From assembly GCA_026416665.1 (NCBI GenBank), contig JAOAET010000015.1:4433-68432 (forward strand): a DNA stretch of 64,000 nt, read 5' to 3'. The notes beneath the pieces are model-generated. The model made no database searches and had not been told where the DNA came from. It worked only from the letters and a program-made list of their open reading frames with translations. The DNA comes from Candidatus Omnitrophota bacterium (GTDB lineage Bacteria > Omnitrophota > Gorgyraeia > Gygaellales > Profunditerraquicolaceae). The position numbers and the translations under genes were made by a program. This document shows positions 19,425 through 28,699 of the stretch, piece after piece. Position 1 is the first letter of the stretch; every line of letters begins with the position of its first letter.

Positions 19425-20375
19425 CTAATTTCTGTGGTCATCAAAAAGACAACTAATAGATTCCTCATTATGAATACGTTTAATTGCTTCACCCATTAAG
19501 GATGCAATAGATAAAACTTTAATTCTTGGGTGCTGTTTTTTAGGCGGTAAAGGTATACTATCAGTAATAACTAATTCTTTTAAATCTTTACATTCATCAA
19601 TACGTTGCACAGCAGGACCAGAAAGCACTCCGTGAGAGATGGTTGCCCTTATCGAACGACACTTAGCCCTTTTAAGTGCCTGCACCGCTTCAATCAAAGA
19701 GCTACCCGTAGCAATCAAATCATCTACAATTACAGCATCTTTTCCCGTTACCTTACCAAGGATATGCATTACCTCTGTCTTATCTGGAGAATCCCTACGC
19801 TTATCAATTACTGCTAAAGCTGCACCCAATTTCTTAGCATAAGCACGAGCCATTTTAATTGAACCGACGTCAGGTGAAACTACAACCATATTCTTTGTAG
19901 CAAATTTTTTAAGATAATCTATAAAAACATTTATAGCAAAAAGATGGTCTACAGGTATATCAAAAAAACCCTGAATTTGTCCAGCATGTAAATCCATCGT
20001 AAGAATACGACTTGCACCAGCTACTGTTAAAAGATTTGCCACAAGTTTTGCTGTAATAGGAACCCGAGGTTGGTCTTTGCGGTCTTGTCTGGCATAACCA
20101 AAATAAGGTATCACCGCAGTAATACGACTGGCAGAGGCACGTTTTAAGGCGTCAATCATAATCAAAAGTTCCATTAACATATCATTAGGAGGTGTACAGG
20201 TTGACTGTATGACAAAAACATCTTTGCCACGAACATTCTCATTAATCTTAACACGCGTCTCCCCTTCACTGAATTGGCTAACTAAAGCGTCGCCTAAAGG
20301 AATATTAAGATAATCACAGATAGCCTTAGCTAACTTAGGATTAGAGTTACCTGTAAAAATCTTTAGTTTATCCAT
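19425..20375 (-). CDS. prs: Ribose-phosphate pyrophosphokinase.
   Basis: MDKLKIFTGNSNPKLAKAICDYL, a PRPP-binding loop VVSPDVGS, and a DDLIATGSSL-like motif. Confidence 0.9.
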   Translation of the reverse strand: MDKLKIFTGNSNPKLAKAICDYLNIPLGDALVSQFSEGETRVKINENVRGKDVFVIQSTCTPPNDMLMELLIMIDALKRASASRITAVIPYFGYARQDRKDQPRVPITAKLVANLLTVAGASRILTMDLHAGQIQGFFDIPVDHLFAINVFIDYLKKFATKNMVVVSPDVGSIKMARAYAKKLGAALAVIDKRRDSPDKTEVMHILGKVTGKDAVIVDDLIATGSSLIEAVQALKRAKCRSIRATISHGVLSGPAVQRIDECKDLKELVITDSIPLPPKKQHPRIKVLSIASLMGEAIKRIHNEESISCLFDDHRN

Positions 20376-20377
20376 AA

Positions 20378-21640
20378 CTACCTCATCTTCGTCTTTATTG
20401 GTTTTGCAGGCACTCCCACAACCGTTGTAAAGTCATCTACATTTTTATTTCTGGTAACCACACTTCCTGCTCCGGTTCTGGCTTGCTTACCCACCACCAC
20501 TGGTGCTACCAATACTGTATCTGAACCAATAAAGGCTTTATCCTTAATAATCGTTGTGTTTTTATGTTTTCCATCGTAATTAGCAGTTACTGTTCCTGCT
20601 CCAATATTTACGGAATGCCCCAGACGTGCGTCTCCTAAAAAACCAAAGTGTTTTGCTCTACTACCTGAAGCAATTTTAGTGCGGGAGATTTCAATAAAAT
20701 TACCCACTGTTACAAAATCATCAAGCCTTGTTCCAGGTCTTAACCGAGCAAAAGGTCCCACTGAACAATGGCTACCAATTTTAACATCCTTTTCAATAAC
20801 TGTAAAGGGATAAATTACGGTGTCTGTCCCTATCTTTGCATCCCAGCTTATAAAGGTAGAGTCAGGATCAACAATAGTAACACCGTTTTTCATTAAATTT
20901 TCTTGAATACGCTGTTGCATTATTTTGTTAGCATAGGCAAGTTCAACACGAGAATTTACTCCCATTACTTCTTTCGGGTCATCAGCTTTTATTGATTCAA
21001 CTACATATTCATCTTTATATAGCATTTCTATAATATCAGTAAGATAATACTCTTTTTTTGCATTGTTAGGTTTAATTCTTTTTATATAGCGTGCTAATTT
21101 TTCTCTCTCAAAACACAATATCCCCGTATTGATTTCTTTTATTGTCTTTTGGTATTCATCCGCATCCTTATCCTCGACAATACCACAGATAACATCATAA
21201 GAATCACGCAAAATTCTACCATACCCATCTGGCTTATCCATCTGGGCAGTAAGCAGGGTTGCCGCAGCCTTTGTCTCAGTATGATGCGCTATTAACTTTT
21301 TAACGGTATCAGGTTTTAATAAAGGATTATCACCATAAAGCACAATCACTGTTCCTCTAAAACCTGAAAGAAGTGGCAAAGCCTGCTTTACCGCATCAGC
21401 GGTTCCAAGGATGTTGCGTTGAATTGCTACACTGGCGGAGGCAGGTAAAAATGCCTTTACCTGCTGATATTGATACCCAACTACAACAACGTATCTTTTA
21501 ATCCGCAGTTGTTTAACAAGGTCAAGCACGTAACCTAACATTGGACGGCAGGCAACTTCATGCAGAACCTTTGGTTTGTCTGACTTCATTCGCTCCCCCT
21601 TACCTGCTGCCAATATAATCGCTGCTATAGAATTTTTCAT
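20378..21640 (-). CDS. glmU: Bifunctional GlcNAc-1-P uridyltransferase / GlcN-1-P acetyltransferase GlmU-like.
   Basis: N-terminal nucleotidyltransferase motif AIILAAGKGERMKSDKPKVL and a C-terminal hexapeptide-repeat acetyltransferase domain. It sits upstream of prs. Confidence 0.8.
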   Translation of the reverse strand: MKNSIAAIILAAGKGERMKSDKPKVLHEVACRPMLGYVLDLVKQLRIKRYVVVVGYQYQQVKAFLPASASVAIQRNILGTADAVKQALPLLSGFRGTVIVLYGDNPLLKPDTVKKLIAHHTETKAAATLLTAQMDKPDGYGRILRDSYDVICGIVEDKDADEYQKTIKEINTGILCFEREKLARYIKRIKPNNAKKEYYLTDIIEMLYKDEYVVESIKADDPKEVMGVNSRVELAYANKIMQQRIQENLMKNGVTIVDPDSTFISWDAKIGTDTVIYPFTVIEKDVKIGSHCSVGPFARLRPGTRLDDFVTVGNFIEISRTKIASGSRAKHFGFLGDARLGHSVNIGAGTVTANYDGKHKNTTIIKDKAFIGSDTVLVAPVVVGKQARTGAGSVVTRNKNVDDFTTVVGVPAKPIKTKMR

Positions 21641-21665
21641 ATTAAATTAAATTTACGATTTCAAC

Positions 21666-21737
21666 TGGGACGTCTGGACTCGAACCAGAATAGCGAGACC
21701 CAAATTCTCGTGTCCTACCAATTGGACGACGTCCCAA
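21666..21737 (-). tRNA. tRNA-Gln (anticodon TTG).
   Basis: Reverse complement reads TGGGACGTCGTCCAATTGGTAGGACACGAGAATTTGGGTCTCGCTATTCTGGTTCGAGTCCAGACGTCCCAG. The acceptor stem is TGGGACG/CGTCCCA, the anticodon stem is CGAGA/TCTCG with loop ATTTGGG, and the T-arm is TCTGG flanking TTCGAGT then CCAGA. Confidence 0.7.
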
Positions 21738-21747
21738 AATCTTCTTT

Positions 21748-22161
21748 TTACTCGTCTCCAGTTGCTTTTGCTGCTTTCGGTCCCTTTTTTACTTCCTCTT
21801 CATAGGCTGCCAGAACCTTCTTTTGTAACAACTGGCGGAATTCTTGCGTAATTGGATGGGCAATATCCTTGTGTTCCATCTGAGCGGTATTTTCGTTACT
21901 TTGCGCCTGCTGCTTACTGTTTGCAGGTAATTGCATGCCACATTGGTTGCAGAACTTAGCTCGTGCCTCGTTTTTAAAACCGCACTTTGGACAAGGATAT
22001 TTTACCTTACGCGAAGGCATGGCAATAAAAAGACCACTTGACCCCTGAATCACTTTGATATTTCTTACTACAAAAGCATTGTCAAGAGTTATCGTGGCAT
22101 AAGCCTTTAGTTTCTTGTCAGGTGAATCCTTAAGAAAAACTCTTACCTCAGTAATCTCCAT
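21748..22161 (-). CDS. spoVG: SpoVG-family protein carrying an inserted zinc-ribbon (CxxC...CxxC) segment.
   Basis: MEITEVRVFLKDSPDKKLKAYATITLDNAFVVRNIKVIQGSSGLFIAMPSRK and a later DIAHPI match the conserved SpoVG core. An insertion of about 40 aa containing CPKCG...CNQCG sits between them. I prefer the MEITEV start at 22161. Confidence 0.8.
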   Translation of the reverse strand: MEITEVRVFLKDSPDKKLKAYATITLDNAFVVRNIKVIQGSSGLFIAMPSRKVKYPCPKCGFKNEARAKFCNQCGMQLPANSKQQAQSNENTAQMEHKDIAHPITQEFRQLLQKKVLAAYEEEVKKGPKAAKATGDE

Positions 22162-22184
22162 AGTTGCCCTCCTTCTTATAATCA

Positions 22185-23072
22185 TTAGATGCTGTAAGCA
22201 AAAAATACTTTATTCCTGAAACTATTATGCAAACGGTTAAAAACTCTCTCAGCCTCCTTTCGTAAAGTAAATATCCCATATACCGCCAAGCCACTACCAC
22301 TCATCAGAACCGTCTTCGCACCCGCTGCAAGCAATTTACTTTTCGCTTCTTTTAATTGTGGATATAAAATTTCAGCAACTGGTTCTAAACTATTAGATAT
22401 TTCTTTAGTTAAAGCCGAGATGTTTTTATTTTTTAACGCTAAACAAATAAGTTTAGCATTAGTTCTTTTTTTTGTCAACCTTAAACTAGGAAATTTATCC
22501 CACGCCGCATAAATTTCAGCAGTTGACTTCTTTTTTGCTATTACTAGTATTACATGCCAAAGTCTTATTCTGTTTAATTCTGCTAAAGGTATTACTATCT
22601 GTCCCTTTCCTTTCACCCAAGCAAAGCGACAACCGTAGATAAAAAAAGGCACATCTGCACCAATATGAGAACCTATCTTAATCAACTGTTGTAAGGTTAA
22701 ATTAAGCCTCCACATTTTGTTTAATCCAATTAGAACCGTCGCTGCATTACTTGAACCACCACCCATACCACTGGCTACGGGAATATTTTTTTCTATACAT
22801 ATATCTATTCCTTTATCTATTTTGTAAAGTTGTTTAAGAAATAAAGCACTCTGATAAGCAAGATTAGTCTTATCGGTGGGAACCTCAGTGTTGTTAACCT
22901 TAACAGTGACAAAACTATCTTCTCGAGAGATAAGAGTTATCTTATCTACTAAACTGATTCTTTCAAAGAGACTGTTAAGGCAATGGTATCCGTCCGGACG
23001 TTTTCTTAGCACAGACAAAGAGAGGTTTAACTTAGCAAATGAATCAAGAGTAAGTATTCTTGTGTCAAACAC
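22185..23072 (-). CDS. ispE: 4-diphosphocytidyl-2-C-methyl-D-erythritol kinase.
   Basis: GHMP kinase motifs: LNLSLSVLRKRPDGYH and PVASGMGGGSSNAAT. Confidence 0.85.
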   Translation of the reverse strand: MFDTRILTLDSFAKLNLSLSVLRKRPDGYHCLNSLFERISLVDKITLISREDSFVTVKVNNTEVPTDKTNLAYQSALFLKQLYKIDKGIDICIEKNIPVASGMGGGSSNAATVLIGLNKMWRLNLTLQQLIKIGSHIGADVPFFIYGCRFAWVKGKGQIVIPLAELNRIRLWHVILVIAKKKSTAEIYAAWDKFPSLRLTKKRTNAKLICLALKNKNISALTKEISNSLEPVAEILYPQLKEAKSKLLAAGAKTVLMSGSGLAVYGIFTLRKEAERVFNRLHNSFRNKVFFAYSI

Positions 23073-23073
23073 G

Positions 23074-24015
23074 TTATGTAAGAAAAGACGATACTGCGTT
23101 TTCTATATCAGCGGAGGTCAAATTGTATTCACGTAAAAGCTCATCGGGTTCACCTGATTGGCCAAACTTATTTTTTATATTAACCTGCCTTATTCTCACA
23201 GGATAACTTTCTGTAACTACTTCTTGAACCGCAGAAGCAAGACCGCCTACGTTGGAATGTTCTTCACAGACTACAATTCCAGAACACTGCTTTGCAGAAG
23301 TAATAATAGCTTCTTTATCTAAAGGAGAAATAGTGTGCATATTTATTACTCTTACTTTTATGCCCTTTTTAGCCAAGTTATCTGCTGCCTGTAAAGCCTC
23401 ATAGACCATAATACCACAAGCAATAATAGCGGCGTGTTTACCTTCACGCAAGATTTGTGCCTTACCAAAAATAAACTTAGGTTTATTTTCTACAGTGGGA
23501 ACTTTACAACGTGCAAGACGGATATAGAATGGGCCACTAGTTTTAGCAGCGGTCTCAACAGCATCTTTTGTCTGCGGACCGTCACAAGGAATAATAATAT
23601 TCATATAGGGAATTGCCCGCATAAGACAAATATCTTCTAAGGCCTGGTGGCTAGAACCATCGGGTCCTACAGTAATACCTGCATGGCTGGCAACAATCTT
23701 TACATTAAAATTATTATAGGCAATGGTGTTTCTAATCTGCTCCCAAGCCCGACCCGTGGCAAACATTGCAAAACTGGAGGCAAAGACAATCTTACCACAT
23801 GAGGCAAGACCTGCCGCAGTAGCCATCATATTTTGTTCTGCTACCCCAAAGTTAAAAAACCGAGTGGGAAACTCTTTGGCAAACATAGCGGTTTTCGTTG
23901 AAGTAGATAAATCTGCATCTAATACCACTAATTCTGGTATTATTTTACCCAGTTCTACTAATGTTTTACCGTATATGTCACGTTGATGTATAAATTCTGC
24001 CATACTTATGCGCAC
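23074..24015 (-). CDS. Transketolase, C-terminal subunit (pyrimidine-binding and C-terminal domains).
   Basis: 313 aa covering the transketolase pyrimidine-binding and C-terminal domains (FGVAEQNMMATAAGLA). It is paired with an upstream N-terminal subunit ORF. Confidence 0.85.
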   Translation of the reverse strand: MRISMAEFIHQRDIYGKTLVELGKIIPELVVLDADLSTSTKTAMFAKEFPTRFFNFGVAEQNMMATAAGLASCGKIVFASSFAMFATGRAWEQIRNTIAYNNFNVKIVASHAGITVGPDGSSHQALEDICLMRAIPYMNIIIPCDGPQTKDAVETAAKTSGPFYIRLARCKVPTVENKPKFIFGKAQILREGKHAAIIACGIMVYEALQAADNLAKKGIKVRVINMHTISPLDKEAIITSAKQCSGIVVCEEHSNVGGLASAVQEVVTESYPVRIRQVNIKNKFGQSGEPDELLREYNLTSADIENAVSSFLT

Positions 24016-24845
24016 TCTGTATCTTGTTCTAACTCTTTATAAGCTTTTGCTGCCTCTTCATTAGTAGGTGCACAACCGTGAAAATTACAAACATTCTCCA
24101 TAAAAGAAACCCCTTTCCCTTTAGTTGTTCGTGCAATGATTACAGTGGGTTTACCTTTATAATTTTTTGCTGCATCAAATGCCTCAAGAATTTGACGCAT
24201 ATTATGCCCATCGATTTCTATAGTATACCAACCAAATGCCTGCCATTTGGCAACAAGAGGCTCAAGATTCATTATCTCATTAGTTCTGCCGTCTATCTGA
24301 AAACCATTATAATCTACGATTGCACAGAGATTGTCGCACTTATAATGGCTGGCAGCCATAGCTGCCTCCCAAATATTTCCTTCTTGAATTTCACCGTCAC
24401 CCATTAAACAATATACTCGATAATCTTTTTTATCAATCTTGCCAGCAAGACTCATACCTAAAGCAACAGATAAACCTTGTCCCAATGAACCAGAAGCTAC
24501 CTCTACCCCTGGTGTGCGACGGTCAGGATGCCCCTGAAGAATTGACCCTAATTTACGAAGATTTGTTAACTCTCCTTTAGGGAAAAATCCTCTATCTGCA
24601 AGCACGGCATACCACAAAGGACAACAATGCCCCTTGGATAAGTGAAAACGGTCACGGTCAGGCCATTGAGGTTCGTTAGGCCGATGGCGCAAAACTACAT
24701 AGTAAAGAGCAACTACTATATCCGTAGCAGAAAGGCTTCCTCCAGGGTGTCCCGAGCATGCCCTACAAATCATCTCAATAATCTGCTTTCTAATCTGGCG
24801 TGCCTTTTTTTCTAATTCTTTAATTTGCTTGTCATCTATCTCCAT
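24006..24845 (-). CDS. Transketolase, N-terminal subunit (TPP-binding).
   Basis: SGHPGGSLS and CLMGDGEIQEGNIWEA are TPP-binding motifs. The 279-aa ORF overlaps the C-terminal subunit ORF by 10 nt. Confidence 0.85.
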   Translation of the reverse strand: MEIDDKQIKELEKKARQIRKQIIEMICRACSGHPGGSLSATDIVVALYYVVLRHRPNEPQWPDRDRFHLSKGHCCPLWYAVLADRGFFPKGELTNLRKLGSILQGHPDRRTPGVEVASGSLGQGLSVALGMSLAGKIDKKDYRVYCLMGDGEIQEGNIWEAAMAASHYKCDNLCAIVDYNGFQIDGRTNEIMNLEPLVAKWQAFGWYTIEIDGHNMRQILEAFDAAKNYKGKPTVIIARTTKGKGVSFMENVCNFHGCAPTNEEAAKAYKELEQDTECA

Positions 24846-24846
24846 A

Positions 24847-25827
24847 TTATTTTACTTTCTGATTAAGCAACTCAAGCTTTTCTTTAATTGAACCTTTATC
24901 TGGAGCTAGACTTAATGCCTTTTCCAATTTCTCTTTTGCCTTATTAAAATCCTCAATCTTTAAATAGGCCTCTGCTAAATGTTCGAAAATAACTGGGTCC
25001 TCAAGAAGCTGTGCAGCTCTTTCTAATTCTCTGATTGCCTCAGTTAATTTGCCTTGTTTAAAATAAAGCCAGCCTAAACTATCAATATATGCACCATTAT
25101 TAGCATCTAAAGAAAGAGCTTTTTTAATAAGAATTTCTGCTTCCACTAGATTTTGATTTTCTTCAACATAGACATAACCAAGATAATTTAAAGCTGGATG
25201 ATAATCGGGCTTTAATTCTATGACTTTCTTTAGATATTCTATTGCTAATGCACGGTTTTTTTGTTCATCCACAATATAAGCCAAATAAAAAAATGCCTCA
25301 TAATCCTGTGGTGCTATTTCAGTAACGGTCTTAAAAGTTTTCTCAGCAGCTGGAAAATTCTTTTGCTGTAGGTACAAGAGTCCCAAACTCTTATAAATTG
25401 TTACGTTGGTAGGGTCCAATTTAACTGCGTTTTGCAAAGCAGACTCGTACTCTTTACCTGCCTCTGCAACATTATTTTGAAAGAAATATAATAGTGCCAA
25501 AACTGCATGTGGTTCAACAGCATCAGGGGCTATTTTGATAGCAGTCTTAAGTTCTTCAATTGCTTGAGATACTTGATTTTTCTTTAAGTAGGCACTGGCC
25601 AATGCTAAACGAATAGTAACATTATCACTATCGAGCTTAAGCGCCTTTTTATATTCTGAGATTGCTGCTTCTATTTGTTGGTTTCTTTCATAAATACCAC
25701 CCAGAATAAAATGTGTCAGAGCATCCTTAAGTTTTATATCTCTTGCCTGTATACAGGTAGTTGCCAACAAACAAATCCCTAAGGTAATAGTAAATAGCCT
25801 AGTATAACTAGATATATTAACAGACAT
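24847..25827 (-). CDS. Tetratricopeptide (TPR) repeat protein with an N-terminal signal/lipoprotein-like leader.
   Basis: A hydrophobic N-terminus with Cys (LLATTCIQA), followed by many 34-residue TPR-like repeats of the A..Y..LG..Y type. Confidence 0.7.
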   Translation of the reverse strand: MSVNISSYTRLFTITLGICLLATTCIQARDIKLKDALTHFILGGIYERNQQIEAAISEYKKALKLDSDNVTIRLALASAYLKKNQVSQAIEELKTAIKIAPDAVEPHAVLALLYFFQNNVAEAGKEYESALQNAVKLDPTNVTIYKSLGLLYLQQKNFPAAEKTFKTVTEIAPQDYEAFFYLAYIVDEQKNRALAIEYLKKVIELKPDYHPALNYLGYVYVEENQNLVEAEILIKKALSLDANNGAYIDSLGWLYFKQGKLTEAIRELERAAQLLEDPVIFEHLAEAYLKIEDFNKAKEKLEKALSLAPDKGSIKEKLELLNQKVK

Positions 25828-26013
25828 TTGTTCGGAAGGATTATTTTCTTATAATTTAATCATTTATGGTTAAAAGTCCTGTGGAAAAAAATATCCCTTT
25901 TTATTTTGGCGGTTTAGTCTTACTAGACACAACAAGTTAAAGACAGAAAAATCACCCGCCTCTTTCTTTAATAAAAATGAGTTACTCAATATAAGCTTTC
26001 TTAATTTTAAATC

Positions 26014-26115
26014 TTAACCCCAATCACGTTTCTTGAGGTGGCGACGAAGGCGACGCATCTTTTTTCTTTTGTGCGTCCTTATCTTCCTTCTTTTTCGTTT
26101 CCTTCCACAAGGCAT
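26014..26115 (-). CDS. Unannotated 33-aa highly basic small protein, possibly ribosomal protein bS22-like.
   Basis: An ATG at 26113-26115 is preceded by GGAGG with 6-nt spacing (plus strand cctcc at 26122-26126). The translation is MPCGRKRKRRKIRTHKRKKMRRLRRHLKKRDWG, with stop TAA at 26014-26016. It falls below the ORF-track size cutoff. Confidence 0.45.
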   Translation of the reverse strand: MPCGRKRKRRKIRTHKRKKMRRLRRHLKKRDWG

Positions 26116-26126
26116 CTGTGCCTCCG

Positions 26127-27011
26127 TTAGTAAATTAGTTTGTTTAGAGGATACTCAATAATACCTTCTGCACCTGCCTTTTTTAAAGCAGGAATTAAAT
26201 TTCTTACCAGATGCTCATCAATAATCGTCTCTACGGCTACCCAACCTTCAGTAGTAAGGTTTGAGATGGTTGGTTTTCTTAAAGCCGGAAGAATTTTAAT
26301 TATTTTCTCTACATCTTTTTTCTGCACATTCATCTTCAAACCAACTTTTCCTTCAGCAGCAATAGCCCCTTGTAATAACAAAGCAATCTGTTCCATCTTA
26401 GCTCTTTTGTTCTTATCACGATAAGACACTGGGTTAGCAATAAATTGTGTTGTAGATTCACAAAGAGTTGCAATCTCTACTAATTTATTCGCTCGAAGAC
26501 TTGACCCTGTCTCAGTTAAATCTACTATTGCATCTACTAATCCTGCATTAACCTTAACCTCTGTTGCCCCCCAAGAAAATTCAACTTCTACCTTCACCTT
26601 TAGTTTAGCAAAGTAGTCCTTGGTAACATTAACTAATTCGGTAGCAATGCGTTTTCCTGCCAGATCTTTTGGTGATCTATACGGGCTATCCTGGGGAACA
26701 GCCAAAACCCAACGAACTTTATTCATACTCTGTTTTGCATAGACCAAATCACAAATTCTGATTACCTTTGCACGATTTTCCAATATCCAATCATTCCCAG
26801 TAATACCACAGTCCAATGCTCCATCTTGAACATAACGAGCCATTTCTTGAGCACGTAAGAGCACTGCCTCTATCTGTGGGTCATCAATGGAAGGAAAATA
26901 AGACCGTTCAGAAGAAAGTAAAACCTTAAACCCAGCTTTCTGAAACATCCGAAAAGTTGCTTCCTGCAGACTTCCTTTTGGTAAACCCAGTCTTAATTTT
27001 TTTTCTACCAT
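26127..27011 (-). CDS. hisG: ATP phosphoribosyltransferase, long form.
   Basis: [30 protein letters not shown] is a HisG N-terminus, and at 294 aa the ORF is long enough to include the C-terminal regulatory domain. Confidence 0.85.
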   Translation of the reverse strand: MVEKKLRLGLPKGSLQEATFRMFQKAGFKVLLSSERSYFPSIDDPQIEAVLLRAQEMARYVQDGALDCGITGNDWILENRAKVIRICDLVYAKQSMNKVRWVLAVPQDSPYRSPKDLAGKRIATELVNVTKDYFAKLKVKVEVEFSWGATEVKVNAGLVDAIVDLTETGSSLRANKLVEIATLCESTTQFIANPVSYRDKNKRAKMEQIALLLQGAIAAEGKVGLKMNVQKKDVEKIIKILPALRKPTISNLTTEGWVAVETIIDEHLVRNLIPALKKAGAEGIIEYPLNKLIY

Positions 27012-27076
27012 AGATTCTGCCCCTTTTTAATCCAAGACTTAAAACACGAATTGTTATTATAACCAGAGACTAACTA

Positions 27077-27122
27077 CTTGTAAAGGACAATTTTATACTT
27101 AGTAACCTTTTTCCTTTACAAG
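27077..27122. repeat. Perfect 11-bp inverted repeat (cttgtaaagga ...24 nt... tcctttacaag) in the hisG/ppiD divergent intergenic region.
   Basis: Read directly. Arms are at 27077-27087 and 27112-27122. Function is unknown; an operator or RNA hairpin are both possible. Confidence 0.8.
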
Positions 27123-27202
27123 CCGAAATAGCTTAATATAATAATTATATCTTCTTCATATAAGAATATTTACTTTTTAGCAATTAGCTCTGGGAGGTAG
27201 CA

Positions 27203-28636
27203 ATGCTTAAAAAAATCCACGGTAAAGATTGGCAGAAACGAAAAAAAAGATTGATAATTATAATGGCTGCTCTTATTTTGCCAGGTTTTTTATTCTTTGG
27301 TATCTACTCATCATTTCGTTCCTTAAGTCGACAAACTGAAAATGCTTATGGATGGCTTTTCGGCAAACCAATCAAAGAAGAAGATTATGTAGCTGCGGCT
27401 AAGGCAATAGATATTCAACTTAAGGTTTCTTTAGGCGAGGCCTTCTATCAATTACAAAAGTTTTTCCCTCGTGATGAACTTGTGCGTCAAAGATTGGTGA
27501 TGCTAAACGAAATTAAAAAAAGAAAGATACGTGTTTCAGATAAAGAAGTAATTGACCAGATTCAAAAGGATCCTTCTTTTTACAGAAAAGGAGTTTTTGA
27601 TAAAGAACTTTATGAACAAATTATTCGCTATGGCTTAGGTATTTCTGCTAGAAATTATGAGGAAATTACCCGTCAGAACTTAGCTATACGTAAACTCTTT
27701 GAAGAAGTAACTAAAAGTGTCTTGGTTTCTGATGAAGATCTTAAAGAAATCTATCAAAAAGAAAACCAACAGTTTAGTGTTACTTACATTGCAGCAATAC
27801 CCGAATCCTTTATTAATTCACTTGAGCCGACAGAGGAACAGTTACGTCAATATTTTGAAGAACACGCTGGGGAATTTCAAACTAAGGAAAGATTTGTCCT
27901 TGAATATGTAAAGTTAGAAAATAAAGACCAGATTCCTGACCTTACACAAAGATTATCAAACAAGCAGACATTTGAAAAAATCTGTCAGGATTATAATCTG
28001 ACTGCTATGACTACTGAGCCCTTTAGTCTAAACGAAAGTAATATTATACCCTCTATTGGTTTATCAAAAGAACTGTCAGATATGATTAAACAATCTAATC
28101 CAAAAACAGTTTTACCCGTTGTTGAGGTGGATAAAAAGTTTTATCTGGTTAGAATTAAAGATAGATACCCTCCTGGCCTTGCTAATTTTGAAACAGCCAG
28201 GGAAGAAGTAAAAACAAAATTTATTAAAGAAAAAAGCCGCCAGCTTGCCAAAGAAAAAATTGAGGCTTGTGCTGCCAAATTAAAAGAAAAGAATGTCTCT
28301 AACAGAGAAGATTTTATAAATGTGGCCAAAGAATTTGGACTGAAGACACAAAACACATCTTTATTCGGATATAACAGCTATATTGAGGGCGTAGGTTTAT
28401 CTAACGCCTTCTTTAACGAGGCCTCAAGCTTAAAAGATAATCAGATAAGCCAAGTTATTGAGATGCCGTCTGGATTTTACTTGATTATGGTAAAAGAAAG
28501 GCCTGTCTTTGATCAGCAAAAATTTACCCAAGAGAAAGAACAATTACGCCAAAAAGTTCTTACGGAAAGAAAACAAGAATATTTTGATAACTTCATAAAA
28601 GACCTAATGAAAAAAGCTGAAGTAAAAAATAAATGA
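27203..28636 (+). CDS. PpiD/SurA-like periplasmic chaperone (membrane-anchored peptidyl-prolyl isomerase family).
   Basis: An N-terminal TM anchor (LIIIMAALILPGFLFFGIY) and a long helical chaperone region. The C-terminus has a parvulin-like segment (IEMPSGFYLIMVKERP). Confidence 0.55.
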   Translation: MLKKIHGKDWQKRKKRLIIIMAALILPGFLFFGIYSSFRSLSRQTENAYGWLFGKPIKEEDYVAAAKAIDIQLKVSLGEAFYQLQKFFPRDELVRQRLVMLNEIKKRKIRVSDKEVIDQIQKDPSFYRKGVFDKELYEQIIRYGLGISARNYEEITRQNLAIRKLFEEVTKSVLVSDEDLKEIYQKENQQFSVTYIAAIPESFINSLEPTEEQLRQYFEEHAGEFQTKERFVLEYVKLENKDQIPDLTQRLSNKQTFEKICQDYNLTAMTTEPFSLNESNIIPSIGLSKELSDMIKQSNPKTVLPVVEVDKKFYLVRIKDRYPPGLANFETAREEVKTKFIKEKSRQLAKEKIEACAAKLKEKNVSNREDFINVAKEFGLKTQNTSLFGYNSYIEGVGLSNAFFNEASSLKDNQISQVIEMPSGFYLIMVKERPVFDQQKFTQEKEQLRQKVLTERKQEYFDNFIKDLMKKAEVKNK

Positions 28637-28651
28637 AAGACAAATAAATTT

Positions 28652-28680
28652 GGCCGGATATTTAAATCCGGCCTTTTCTT
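28652..28680 (+). terminator. Rho-independent terminator after the ppiD-like gene, between convergent genes.
   Basis: ggccgga-tatttaaa-tccggcc hairpin, followed by ttttctt. Confidence 0.7.
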
Positions 28681-28699
28681 TAATCTGTTCCTCAAAAAG

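Noticed and set aside
25828-26013. Possible regulatory RNA or his-leader-like element between the TPR gene and the small basic ORF.
   Set aside because: I saw no terminator/antiterminator pairs and no His-codon run. It looks like an ordinary AT-rich promoter region.
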